DNA of 64,000 nucleotides from Rhodothermaceae bacterium (GCA_019634345.1 JAHQVL010000167.1:24992-88991), one strand, 5' to 3'. Counted from the first letter of the stretch, positions 38,692-48,286 are shown. Numbers and translations: made by a program. The notes: generated from the sequence alone by a model not told the origin.

Positions 38692-39972
38692 ATGACAAAG
38701 GGTATTGACACACCTTTCTGTAAGCGTCTACTTTTATGGCAGTATCATTTTATAGCAGTATCATTGTCATCTTCAAAATCATTGTCAGCTCCAAAATTGT
38801 TGTCATCTACTCAATTTTATCATAACGCCAATCCAGATACGCCGCGCCGCGCCTATACAACGATTGCGCAGATAGATCTTGGCCGCCTCAGGGAAAATGC
38901 AAAAATAATTAAAACGCTTGCAGCTCCTGCAGAAGTTATGGCTGTAGTAAAAGCAAATGCGTACGGCCACGGTGCAATCCCTGTAGCAAAAACACTTCTG
39001 GAAGAAGGATTTAATTCCTTCCTGGTAGCCACACTCTCGGAAGCGCTGTTTTTACGTGAAAACGGAATTCATGCTCCTATCCTCATAGCGATGCCCCCTT
39101 TGGGTGCAAACCTGCCTGTATATACCCGTGAACACTTTATGGTCTCGGTATCGAGTGATGAAGTTTGTGAGGAGGTATTGGCTTACGCCGAAACCGGCCA
39201 AAAATTACAGCTTCATGTAAAACTGGATACAGGCATGAACCGGCTTGGACTGTCTCCAGATCGCGCGCATTCCTTTATATCCCAGATTATGCACCACCCC
39301 TCATTAGAGCTCCAGGGAATTTGGACCCATCTTGCTACCGCAGGCCAAGAGGATACCGCGTTTGCCAGGCAGCAGATTTCGTCAGCAAGAGCATTCACCA
39401 ACCAGATTCACGGCTTCAGTGGCTCCTTTCATGTAGGGAATAGTAGTTCGCTTATTCATCCAGATCATTATCTCGACTCCAAAGAGAGGACGATGTACAG
39501 AGTTGGAGGCGGACTTTTGGGCATCTCGGCAATGCCACAAAGAGCTCGAGAGATTGGCCTAGTGCCTATAATGACCTTAAAGTCCCACGTGCTAACCGTT
39601 AAATCGGTATCCGCCGGAGAATCGGTATCGTATGGCCGGAGGTGGACTGCCCCAAAAGACACTCGAATCGCAGTTGTTGGGGCCGGTTATGCGGATGGAT
39701 ACCCCAGTACGTGTTTGCAGGACGAATCCATACCAAAACGTCAAGTCACTATCCGAGGCCGCCGTTACCCGGTAGTAGGCAGTATTTGCATGGATATGTT
39801 TATGGTGGATCTGGGCAGTGAACCGGCTGAGGCAACTATAAAATCTGGTGATGAGGTAATCTTATTCGGAGCAGGAGGACCTAATATCGATGAACTTGCG
39901 CAGTTGACCGGTAGAAAAGCCTATGAGATATCTTGTTCAATTTCTCAACGCGTTGTTCGAACCTATTCTTGA
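38692..39972 (+). CDS. alr: Alanine racemase (start codon uncertain)
   Basis: PLP lysine motif AVVKANAYGHG. The first ~35 codons or so span 18-bp DNA repeats and look non-Alr. TTG at 38797 or 38800 are alternative starts. Confidence 0.85.
   Translation: MTKGIDTPFCKRLLLWQYHFIAVSLSSSKSLSAPKLLSSTQFYHNANPDTPRRAYTTIAQIDLGRLRENAKIIKTLAAPAEVMAVVKANAYGHGAIPVAKTLLEEGFNSFLVATLSEALFLRENGIHAPILIAMPPLGANLPVYTREHFMVSVSSDEVCEEVLAYAETGQKLQLHVKLDTGMNRLGLSPDRAHSFISQIMHHPSLELQGIWTHLATAGQEDTAFARQQISSARAFTNQIHGFSGSFHVGNSSSLIHPDHYLDSKERTMYRVGGGLLGISAMPQRAREIGLVPIMTLKSHVLTVKSVSAGESVSYGRRWTAPKDTRIAVVGAGYADGYPSTCLQDESIPKRQVTIRGRRYPVVGSICMDMFMVDLGSEPAEATIKSGDEVILFGAGGPNIDELAQLTGRKAYEISCSISQRVVRTYS
38757..38810 (+). 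repeat. 18-bp tandem repeat x3 (AAAATCATTGTCAGC-like), preceded by a 16-bp duplication GCAGTATCATT
   Basis: atcattgtca at 38760 and 38778, attgttgtca at 38796, gcagtatcatt at 38739 and 38755. Confidence 0.8.
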
Positions 39973-40109
39973 GAGTTTTTTCACACTTTCGGATCTATAA
40001 CACCTTCTGTACGTTGTTGTTAGGTTATTTTGCCGACCTGGCGTAAGAAAACAACCATTGACTACGCCTGGCTGGCCCTCACTGATTGACAAACAGAATA
40101 ACCTATTGC

Positions 40110-40817
40110 ATGGTGACTGCAGATTCATCTGGCATTAATGTGCTAGTCGTAGACGACGAAGAAGACGTCGTAGAAGTAGTAAGTCATTTCCTCGAACAGG
40201 ATGGATACACTGTACATAAAGCCTATGACGGTGAAGAGGCGCTAACTAAAGCGTCCAGTGATATCGACTTAATTGTTTTGGATATCATGCTCCCCGGTTT
40301 GGACGGGTATGAAGTATGCCGAACGCTTCGATCTCGAGCAGAGACAGAAACGATTCCTATCATCTTTTTAAGTGCTAAAATTGAAGAAGAGGATCAGGTT
40401 CGCGGCCTAATGCTTGGGGGGGATGATTATTTAACAAAACCAGCCTCTCCTCAAGTTATATTAGCGCACGTTAAGGCCGTACTTCGCAGAATGGGAGTTG
40501 ACGAGACTAAGATCATTAATGTTAATGATCTTACGATCTATGAAGATGAGTATCGCGCTGCCCTGGACGACAAAGACCTGGGATTAACGCTTACTGAGTT
40601 TGAACTACTCCGCTACCTGGTCCGCCATCCAAGGAAGGCATTTACCCGCCAGCAGCTCCTGGAAACCATTTGGAAAGACGCCATGATGGTTACAGAGCGT
40701 ACTGTAGATGCGCACATAAAAAATCTTCGAGAGAAGCTGGGCGGTTTTGCACAACATATACAAACTGTCCGGGGTGTTGGCTACCGATTTGTCCAGGACG
40801 GTGTTGCTGAGGAGTAG
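40110..40817 (+). CDS. OmpR/PhoB-family response regulator
   Basis: ATG at 40110. VLVVDDEEDV...LIVLDIMLPGLDG. C-terminal winged helix ending GYRF. Confidence 0.9.
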   Translation: MVTADSSGINVLVVDDEEDVVEVVSHFLEQDGYTVHKAYDGEEALTKASSDIDLIVLDIMLPGLDGYEVCRTLRSRAETETIPIIFLSAKIEEEDQVRGLMLGGDDYLTKPASPQVILAHVKAVLRRMGVDETKIINVNDLTIYEDEYRAALDDKDLGLTLTEFELLRYLVRHPRKAFTRQQLLETIWKDAMMVTERTVDAHIKNLREKLGGFAQHIQTVRGVGYRFVQDGVAEE

Positions 40818-42320
40818 ATGAATTGGCGTAGAGTCCGGCGGCTTATACTGTGGCTCCGCTTACTACTTCGAGAAGTCACATCCACCCTGCTCCCTAAAAG
40901 AGCTTCTACACAAACGTGGATGTTTTTGACATTCGTTGTGTTTGTAGGGACTGCCGTACTGGTAGTAGGGCTTTACGCACGGCTGGTATTCCACCGTGAA
41001 ACGGATTCTGCTGCCAGAAAGCAGCTGCGAGAACAAGCCCTTCAAATTGCGACAACGCTAGGTAAATCAAAAACCTATAATGAGGCGTGGATCGCTGCTG
41101 AGCAAACAAGTAGAGTGCTCGGCATGCGAATCGTAGCATTAGCTGGTGATTCCGTATACCTGGACATTAGTGGCAACACCTTTATCCCACCGTTCGACTT
41201 GCCAACTGACCTGGATGAGGAGCTCGATATCGATACTGGTCGGATGCGCTATGTACGCCATACAACACCCGATGGCGACCCTATCCTCATTGTGGCGGTC
41301 AACCACCAGTTAACAGGATTCACCATCCAACTCTACGCACCAGAGCCTCCCCTCTACGCTCTTGCCAGGCGTATGCAAATTGCTCTGATTGCGGGCATGG
41401 TCGCTGCTCTTGGCCTGGCAATGTTTGGAAGCTGGGTCGCCTCTCGGAGAGTGATAAAACCGTTGCATGCCATCAACGAACGGGCCAAGAAAATTACGGA
41501 AGGCCGGCTGGATCAAAAAATACTTGTGGACTCACGGGCCGCAGAAGTGCAGGATCTAGCAACCAGTTTGAATCGGATGTCGGGCAAGTTCAGGCAGAAG
41601 ATCGATGACCTGGAACGTCTGGCTAATTTACAAAGCGAGTTTATTGGTAATGTCTCTCATGAAGTACGGAATCCAATATTTGCTGTAAGCGGCTATTTGG
41701 AGGCCTTAGCCACTCCGGTTCTCAAACCCGATCAGCAAAAAAGGTATGCTGAAAAGGCCTTGCAAAACCTGGAACGCCTTAGCAATCTCTTCAACGACCT
41801 TATTGAAATTGCGCGGCTTGAATACAGGGAGGACATGATTCGGCCCGAATTATTTGATTTAGGCGAATTGGCAAAAGAACTAGAGGAAGTTCTCAAACCC
41901 AAAGCAGAGAGAAAAGAGCTGGGGCTAGAGATTGAAATGCCCTCACTGGTCATTTTTGCAGATCGGGATCGGATCAGGCAAGTATTAGTTAACCTCATTG
42001 AGAACGCCATAGTCTATACAGACAAGGGATCTGTGCAATTCCGGTATAGGAGACGACAGGATAAGGTTCGAATCGAAATAACCGATACAGGCAAGGGTAT
42101 ATCAGAAGATCACCTTGAACGTATATTCGAGCGTTTTTATCGCGTAGATCCAGACAGATCTCGCAAAAGTGGGGGAACCGGCTTAGGGTTAAGCATTGTT
42201 AAACAGATCCTCCACGCGCATGGTGAACAGATACATGTTGAGAGCACTATGGGTAGGGGAACCAGGTTCTGGTTCGACTTACCTTTAGAACCGGAATCGT
42301 CCCCTGTTGAATCCGTATGA
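40818..42320 (+). CDS. Sensor histidine kinase (two TM, HAMP, HisKA, HATPase)
   Basis: ATG abuts the response regulator stop. H-box FIGNVSHEVRNP and GTGLGLSIVKQI. Confidence 0.9.
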   Translation: MNWRRVRRLILWLRLLLREVTSTLLPKRASTQTWMFLTFVVFVGTAVLVVGLYARLVFHRETDSAARKQLREQALQIATTLGKSKTYNEAWIAAEQTSRVLGMRIVALAGDSVYLDISGNTFIPPFDLPTDLDEELDIDTGRMRYVRHTTPDGDPILIVAVNHQLTGFTIQLYAPEPPLYALARRMQIALIAGMVAALGLAMFGSWVASRRVIKPLHAINERAKKITEGRLDQKILVDSRAAEVQDLATSLNRMSGKFRQKIDDLERLANLQSEFIGNVSHEVRNPIFAVSGYLEALATPVLKPDQQKRYAEKALQNLERLSNLFNDLIEIARLEYREDMIRPELFDLGELAKELEEVLKPKAERKELGLEIEMPSLVIFADRDRIRQVLVNLIENAIVYTDKGSVQFRYRRRQDKVRIEITDTGKGISEDHLERIFERFYRVDPDRSRKSGGTGLGLSIVKQILHAHGEQIHVESTMGRGTRFWFDLPLEPESSPVESV

Positions 42321-42415
42321 AGTTCTCGCATTTATCGGGATCTTCCTTTAGTTTACCATGCTGCCCCACCAATCAAGGGAGACCACACAAGTCTCGCCTG
42401 GGTCGTAGAGACTCA

Positions 42416-42447
42416 GCACTAATAGACACTGGGCACTAATAGATACT
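42416..42447 (+). repeat. 17-bp direct repeat GCACTAATAGAYACT x2 in the intergenic region
   Basis: Read directly: gcactaatagacactgg followed by gcactaatagatact. Confidence 0.85.
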
Positions 42448-42514
42448 TTGTCTAGTTGTTCTTTAAGGAACTGGTTCTAAACAAGGCCTATTAGCAGTAG
42501 GAATTCTCATTTTT

Positions 42515-44641
42515 ATGGCGAAAGGAAAACCGACGATGGAATTAAGTGCTTCTCAAGATATGCATTCACAGATCAACGTAGAATTTATTACGTCGACAAA
42601 TGGTAATGGAAGGCAAGATCTACAGTTTCCACAACTTTCCCCTTCAGACTTTAAACCGGAGACCCTCGTTCGGATCTACCGTGATATGCTCGTATCGCGG
42701 AGATTAGATGAGAAGATGATCACATTGCTGAAGCAAGGCAAGGGCTATTTCCATATCGGTTGCTCCGGCCATGAAGCAGCACAAGCAGCGATTGCGTTCT
42801 TTTCAAAACCTGGATATGATTGGTTCGTCCCCTACTACAGAGATCTATGTACCGCAATTTCGCTGGGTATGACCTCTAAGAGCATGCTCCTGGCCCACCT
42901 TGCTAAGGCAGATGACCCGAACTCAGGGGGGCGCCAGATGGCAGAGCATTTTTCAAGCCCAGAACTCAATATCATTACGACCTCCTCCTCTGTTGGAGCC
43001 CAGTACCTACCTGCCTTAGGTGCAGCCATGGCCATGCAGCGGCAAGAAAAAGACGGATACGTCTACGTATCATCAGGCGACGGCGCAACGTCTCAAGGCG
43101 ATTTTCATGAAGCACTTAACTGGGCGGTTCGTATCAAAGCACCTGTGTTGTTCTTTGTACAGGATAACAAGTATGCCATCTCGGTGCCTGTTGAAGAACA
43201 AACAGCCGGCGGTTCGGCCTACAAATTTGGCGCGGGTTACGAAGGCATTGTTCGAGCTAAAGTCGATGGAACAGATTTCTTTAAATCAGCCTCCATTGCT
43301 AAAGCAGCTATAGAACATATTCGTGCGGACAAAGGACCTGTATTGTTGGTTGCGGATGTTGTGCGGCTCATGCCCCACTCTTCTTCGGATAACCACAATA
43401 AATATAGAACTGACGAAGAACTCGAAAAAGACAAACAGATTGATCCTATTGCCAGGCTGGAGCTTTCTTTAATTGAAGCGGGCATTCTTACCACTCAAGA
43501 GATTGAGAAGCTAAGAAAAGAAGTTCACGCACAGATCGACGAAGAAACCAAATGGGCCGAACAGCAAGCAGATCCTTCGCCTGATACAGCCTTAAAGCAT
43601 GTGTTTTTCGAAGGCGACCTGGATCTCGAATACGAGAAATCCAAACCCTCTGGTGAGCCGGTCGTCATGGTTGATGCAATTAACCATGCGCTTCAGGAAG
43701 AAATGACCAGAAATGAAAAGGTCATTGTGTATGGAGAGGATGTAGCAGGCGATAAAGGAGGTGTATTTACAGCAACTCGCAACCTGACTGCTACATTTGG
43801 AAAAGATCGATGCTTCAACTCTCCTCTCGCTGAGGCTTCAATCATTGGTACCGCTGTTGGACTAAGTGCTGCTGGTTATAAACCTGTGGTCGAAATTCAA
43901 TTTGCTGATTACATTTGGCCGGCAATGCAACAAATACGAAATCAGCTGGCCCCATTCCATTATCGCTCTAACGGCACATGGAGTTGCCCTGTCGTGGTGC
44001 GAGTACCTTGTGGTGGATACATTCATGGTGGATTGTGCCATTCTCAAAACATTGAGTCCATTTTTGGGCATACCCCAGGGCTCAAAGTTGTACTTCCTTC
44101 TAATGCTGCTGACGCCAAAGGCCTACTGAAGACGGCCATTCGCATGAACGACCCCGTGTTGTTCTTAGAGCACAAGGGATTGTATAGAGCCGCTCATGCA
44201 CGATCGCCCGAACCCGATGAGGATTACTTAATCCCCTTTGGCCAGGCTAATGTTGTAAAAGAAGGTACCGACCTCACTATAATCACCTATGGCCTCATGG
44301 TCCACAAAGCGCTGGCTGCCGCTAAATCCTTTGAGAAGGATGGGCGTTCAGTTGAGATCATAGACCTCAGAACCCTTGTCCCCTTAGATACGGAAACCAT
44401 CTTTGCCTCGGTGAAAAAAACAGGTCGAGCGCTGGTCTTATACGAAGATCAAGAATTCCTGGGGTACGGTGCTGAAATCAGTGCACAAGTGGCCGACAAA
44501 ATGTTCGAATTCCTGGATGCACCTATTCGCAGGGTAGCAGGAGCCTTCACTCCTATTCCCTTTGCGGACCCACTGGAACGCGTTGTATTGCCCCAGGACA
44601 AAGACATCATGGATGCAGCACGCGAACTTTTAGAGTACTAA
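42515..44641 (+). CDS. Fused alpha/beta E1 component of a 2-oxoacid dehydrogenase (TPP-dependent)
   Basis: Alpha-half TPP motif SSGDGATSQGDFHEALNWA...FVQDNKYAIS. Beta half VIVYGEDVAGDKGGVF...FNSPLAEASIIG. Confidence 0.85.
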   Translation: MAKGKPTMELSASQDMHSQINVEFITSTNGNGRQDLQFPQLSPSDFKPETLVRIYRDMLVSRRLDEKMITLLKQGKGYFHIGCSGHEAAQAAIAFFSKPGYDWFVPYYRDLCTAISLGMTSKSMLLAHLAKADDPNSGGRQMAEHFSSPELNIITTSSSVGAQYLPALGAAMAMQRQEKDGYVYVSSGDGATSQGDFHEALNWAVRIKAPVLFFVQDNKYAISVPVEEQTAGGSAYKFGAGYEGIVRAKVDGTDFFKSASIAKAAIEHIRADKGPVLLVADVVRLMPHSSSDNHNKYRTDEELEKDKQIDPIARLELSLIEAGILTTQEIEKLRKEVHAQIDEETKWAEQQADPSPDTALKHVFFEGDLDLEYEKSKPSGEPVVMVDAINHALQEEMTRNEKVIVYGEDVAGDKGGVFTATRNLTATFGKDRCFNSPLAEASIIGTAVGLSAAGYKPVVEIQFADYIWPAMQQIRNQLAPFHYRSNGTWSCPVVVRVPCGGYIHGGLCHSQNIESIFGHTPGLKVVLPSNAADAKGLLKTAIRMNDPVLFLEHKGLYRAAHARSPEPDEDYLIPFGQANVVKEGTDLTIITYGLMVHKALAAAKSFEKDGRSVEIIDLRTLVPLDTETIFASVKKTGRALVLYEDQEFLGYGAEISAQVADKMFEFLDAPIRRVAGAFTPIPFADPLERVVLPQDKDIMDAARELLEY

Positions 44642-44654
44642 AACGATCTGTCGT

Positions 44655-45830
44655 CTAAGACACCTGCATTAGTGCGCTATCCAGGTCATTGATGAGGTCA
44701 TTGATATCCTCTATGCCTACAGAGAGCCGGATAAGAGAGTCGCTCAATCCTGCCCGAACACGCTCTTCTCTTGGTATCGAGGCGTGTGTCATTGAAGCCG
44801 GATGGCCAATCAGGCTTTCAACCCCTCCAAGGCTTTCAGCTAATGAAAAGACAGAGGTGCTAGAAAGCACTTTCATTGCGTTCTCTACAGAGTCTGCAGC
44901 TAAGGTAAAGGAAAGCATCCCACCAAAATCCTTCATCTGTCTACTCGCAAGTTCGTGACCTGGGTCTTGCGGCAGTCCGGGATAATATACGCGTCCAACC
45001 TTGCTATGGTTATCCAGGAAGTCGGCGATCATCTTAGCGTTCTCACAATGGCGCTGCATTCGTATGTGTAGCGTTTTTGTCCCCCTCAGGTTCAGGAAAC
45101 AATCCATAGGCCCTGGTACAGCACCAGCACACTTTATTTGAAAGCGCAGCTTCTCATTCCAGTCATCACTGTTGGTGCACACGACGCCCCCTATGAGATC
45201 TGAGTGGCCGCCCAGGTATTTTGTACTTGAATGGAGGACTAAATCTGCTCCAAGAGACAGCGGCTGCTGCAAGTAAGGAGAGGCAAACGTGTTGTCCACC
45301 GCAACTTCAATATTGTGTTCTTTAGCCAGGGCGCTTAGGGCTTCCAGATCAAGCACTCTGATCAACGGATTGGTCGGAGTTTCCAACCACATCATGCGTG
45401 TATTGGGTTTAATAGCCTTGCTCACCTCGTCCAGGTTACGCATATCGATAAACGAAAACTCCAATCCAAACGGCTCAAACACTTTCCTAAACAGCCTGAA
45501 AGTCCCCCCATACAAGTCATTGGTAGAGAGCACATGGTCGCCGGGCCTTAAGCTTTTGATAATAGCATCAATACCAGCCACACCCGAAGAAAAACAAATG
45601 CCATGGGCGGCTCCTTCAAGAGCAGCGAGGTTACCTTCAAGAGCAGTTCGAGTTGGATTTGTGACGCGCGCATATTCATGCCCCATATGCTCTCCCGGTG
45701 CACGTTGCACATAGGTAGAGGTCTGATATATAGGAGTCATAATCGCCCCAGTGGTAGGATCTGGCGCCTGCCCGGCATGGACAGCCAGCGTTCCTTGTCC
45801 ATACTGAGTAACTTTTACTTGTTCTTTCAT
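44655..45830 (-). CDS. Cys/Met-metabolism PLP enzyme (cystathionine gamma-synthase / gamma-lyase / O-acylhomoserine sulfhydrylase family)
   Basis: PLP-lysine motif HSSTKYLGGHSD. ATG at 45830 (MKEQVKV) preferred; the upstream 45 codons are a heptamer microsatellite entered from a TTG. Confidence 0.85.
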   Translation of the reverse strand: MKEQVKVTQYGQGTLAVHAGQAPDPTTGAIMTPIYQTSTYVQRAPGEHMGHEYARVTNPTRTALEGNLAALEGAAHGICFSSGVAGIDAIIKSLRPGDHVLSTNDLYGGTFRLFRKVFEPFGLEFSFIDMRNLDEVSKAIKPNTRMMWLETPTNPLIRVLDLEALSALAKEHNIEVAVDNTFASPYLQQPLSLGADLVLHSSTKYLGGHSDLIGGVVCTNSDDWNEKLRFQIKCAGAVPGPMDCFLNLRGTKTLHIRMQRHCENAKMIADFLDNHSKVGRVYYPGLPQDPGHELASRQMKDFGGMLSFTLAADSVENAMKVLSSTSVFSLAESLGGVESLIGHPASMTHASIPREERVRAGLSDSLIRLSVGIEDINDLINDLDSALMQVS

Positions 45831-45848
45831 ACCCGTCTGCCTGTAGTC

Positions 45849-45955
45849 TTGGTGTTTGGTGTTTGGTGTTTGGTGTTTGGTGTTTGGTGTTTGGTGTTTG
45901 GTGTTTGGTGTTTGGTGTTTGGTGTTTGGTGTTTGGTGTTTGGTGTTTGGTGTTT
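45849..45955 (-). repeat. Heptanucleotide microsatellite, 15.3 copies (TTGGTGT on plus, AAACACC-type on the mRNA strand), 18 nt upstream of the ATG
   Basis: Read directly. 107 nt of perfect period-7 repeat. Confidence 0.97.
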
Positions 45956-45972
45956 CAGATACCAAGGCAGAA

Positions 45973-46002
45973 TTTATACGTTCCGAATGTAAATAACATC
46001 AA
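45973..46002 (-). promoter_or_regulatory. Candidate sigma-70-like promoter TTGATG-N18-TATAAA upstream of the heptamer array
   Basis: Minus strand: ttgatg (46002-45997), 18-nt spacer, tataaa (45978-45973). This would place the array in the 5' UTR. Confidence 0.3.
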
Positions 46003-46034
46003 AAAAGCCTGGACCTAATAGGTCCAGGCTTTTT
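46001..46034. terminator. Bidirectional rho-independent terminator downstream of the TPR lipoprotein gene
   Basis: aaaaaagcctggacc taata ggtccaggcttttt: a 10-bp GC-rich stem flanked by an A-run and a T-run. Confidence 0.85.
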
Positions 46035-46092
46035 AAAGCGCAACGGTGCAAAGCAGCTCGTTATATCAACATGCGAAGCTCTGCAAAACTGT

Positions 46093-47298
46093 TTAGTTCA
46101 GATCGATACCGGCGCATGTAGCAGCTTCTTCCGCTTTTTCTTGCTCACCAATTTGAGCGAGAGCCTGGAAGAGCGCCTGACAAACTCCAGCGGGATCTTC
46201 ACCACCAGCAGTTAATAATTCTCGAGCGCGCTCAAGAGGAGTAACCGCTCCTGCAAATAAATCCTTACGCTCTTGAATCTTCATTTCGATTTTTCCTTCC
46301 ATTTCTTCAACGGCAGAATCACTCAAATCAGAGCGCTTAGCTCGAAGATCATCATCCATCTCAGTAACCATGTTGTTTACTGAAACAGCTTTGTTCACAT
46401 AGGCTACGCCTAAGTTGTAATGAGCCACGCCATATTCAGGATCGATGTCAACCGCTTTTTGGAATTGCTCCATAGCTTCATCATACTCTTCGGCTTCCAA
46501 TAACAAAGTACCATAATTATAGCGATACAACTTGTTATCGGGCTCACTTGCAACAGCATCAGAATAATCTTTCTTAGCGCGATCCATTTGACCTGATGTG
46601 ATGTACGCATTCAACAGTTGTGAACGAATATCTTCGTTTTCAGGATACATTTCACGGGCTTTCTCAAGCATCGAAATCGCATCTTCAGTCCTGTCATTCG
46701 ATTGATAGAGGTTTGACAGATACGTATAGGTATCAGCGTCATCATCTCCTAGCTCAATGGCTTTCTCGAAAGGCATGATCGCTTCGGTTTGATTTCCTGC
46801 CTGAATCTGGGCATAAGCTTGATTCAAGTAAGGATCAACAGAGTCAGGACGAATCATGGACGTGTTCTTAAAGTATTGAATCGCTTCTGCATACGCAGAC
46901 TCGTCTTCCCGGCCTCTGTTAAAGGCTTGAATACCTAATTTGAATTCGTCAATGTATGCTTCTGTGACATAACCGATCACTTCGTTGTTATCAGGCTCGA
47001 TCTCCAATGCGCTACTGAATGACTCGACCATCATACCAACTAGACTACTGTGCTTCTCGATATCACGAGTCTCTCCTAGTTGACGCTTGATAAGACGTGC
47101 TTTAACAGAGTGTGCTTCTGCGTTAGTGGGATCAGCAGAGATACTTTCGTCCAGTTTTGAGTAGTAATCTTCGTAATCAACATCGTCAAGGGTAAGCGCT
47201 AATTTAGCACCCTCAACATTGGGGTCTCCGCCACATCCTGCAGCACCAACAAGTATGGTTACAAAAAGGACGCTACAAATCAGACCTAGTTGCTTCAT
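46093..47298 (-). CDS. TPR-repeat lipoprotein
   Basis: ATG at 47298 gives MKQLGLICSVLFVTILVGAAGC, a lipobox. Multiple TPR-like repeats. Confidence 0.75.
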   Translation of the reverse strand: MKQLGLICSVLFVTILVGAAGCGGDPNVEGAKLALTLDDVDYEDYYSKLDESISADPTNAEAHSVKARLIKRQLGETRDIEKHSSLVGMMVESFSSALEIEPDNNEVIGYVTEAYIDEFKLGIQAFNRGREDESAYAEAIQYFKNTSMIRPDSVDPYLNQAYAQIQAGNQTEAIMPFEKAIELGDDDADTYTYLSNLYQSNDRTEDAISMLEKAREMYPENEDIRSQLLNAYITSGQMDRAKKDYSDAVASEPDNKLYRYNYGTLLLEAEEYDEAMEQFQKAVDIDPEYGVAHYNLGVAYVNKAVSVNNMVTEMDDDLRAKRSDLSDSAVEEMEGKIEMKIQERKDLFAGAVTPLERARELLTAGGEDPAGVCQALFQALAQIGEQEKAEEAATCAGIDLN

Positions 47299-47819
47299 AA
47301 CGTAATATTGCCTCCGGCAAAAATGTTCATAATAAGAGTAACAGCTGAATCTAATAGTCCAGGCTGGTAAATCCTTGTGCCCTTTCACGTAGTTACATGA
47401 GGGATAGATACCCGTAGTATACGAGCATCCTTACAGTATAATAAGGATTTGTACCCGGATTCAACTCTTTTTTCATTCTTTTGATCAAATTCAGCAGTTT
47501 TAGACATTTTGGTAAGACTCACCAACACCCAAAAAGTCGCTATTTTACGCTGATTTAATTGGGGCATATAAAAATGCCCTTTCTAGCTGACAGAATTTCT
47601 GCTGGTAATGACATTTTGCATAACGGCCTGCCATCTCTTCATTCAGGCTCAAGACATCCTTTCAGGGAGTAATGTCAAATATTCTGCACACCCCTTCTTC
47701 TTATTGACGATTTGTCCGAAATCGTGTGATGGCATACCCATTGTAAAAGGAATGTTCGTTACTTAACAGCAAAAACCTCTTACGGTAAATCATTTTATAA
47801 CAAATAGATAGGAAAAACC

Positions 47820-48266
47820 ATGAATAGCTTAATTCGCTTTACGCCTAACACCGAACTCCGTCGCATGCAACGAGAATTTGATCGTATGTTTAACGATTTT
47901 TTCCCAGCCACAAGAACGCATTCTTCTCACTCAGAGAACGCTACCTGGGCTCCTCGCGTCGACTTATCAGAAACTGAAAATGGATACCAGATCGTAGTCG
48001 ATCTTCCAGGAATTCCCAAGAAAGACATTACCCTCAACTTCCATGAAGGCGTGTTGTCTATCTCAGGTTCTCGCACCAACGAAACCAAAGAAGAAGGCAA
48101 GAACTTCTTAAGAGTTGAACGATCTAGCGGGGAATTCTACCGATCCTTCAATATTCCTGCGGCCATTCAATCCGACAAGATTGAAGCCAGCTACAAAGAT
48201 GGCGTATTGGAAGTAAACGTCCCTAAAGCAGAGGTAGTAAAACCTCAAAAGGTAAAAATCTCATAA
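47820..48266 (+). CDS. Hsp20 / alpha-crystallin family small heat-shock protein
   Basis: 148 aa. Alpha-crystallin domain, including AxxxxGVL (ASYKDGVLEVNVPK). Confidence 0.9.
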   Translation: MNSLIRFTPNTELRRMQREFDRMFNDFFPATRTHSSHSENATWAPRVDLSETENGYQIVVDLPGIPKKDITLNFHEGVLSISGSRTNETKEEGKNFLRVERSSGEFYRSFNIPAAIQSDKIEASYKDGVLEVNVPKAEVVKPQKVKIS

Positions 48267-48286
48267 CCGAGTCCCCCTGCTTTAGG

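Noticed and set aside
45831-45965. N-terminal extension of the Cys/Met PLP enzyme with TKHQTPN x5
   Set aside because: It is the translation of a perfect heptanucleotide microsatellite entered from a TTG codon. The conserved enzyme begins at the ATG at 45830 (MKEQVKV...). It is treated as 5' leader unless peptide evidence appears.
47730-47744. Sigma-54-like element TGGCAT-N5-TTGT 76 nt upstream of hsp20
   Set aside because: The -12 element reads GT instead of the near-invariant GC, and no enhancer-binding protein gene is nearby. The similarity is probably chance.
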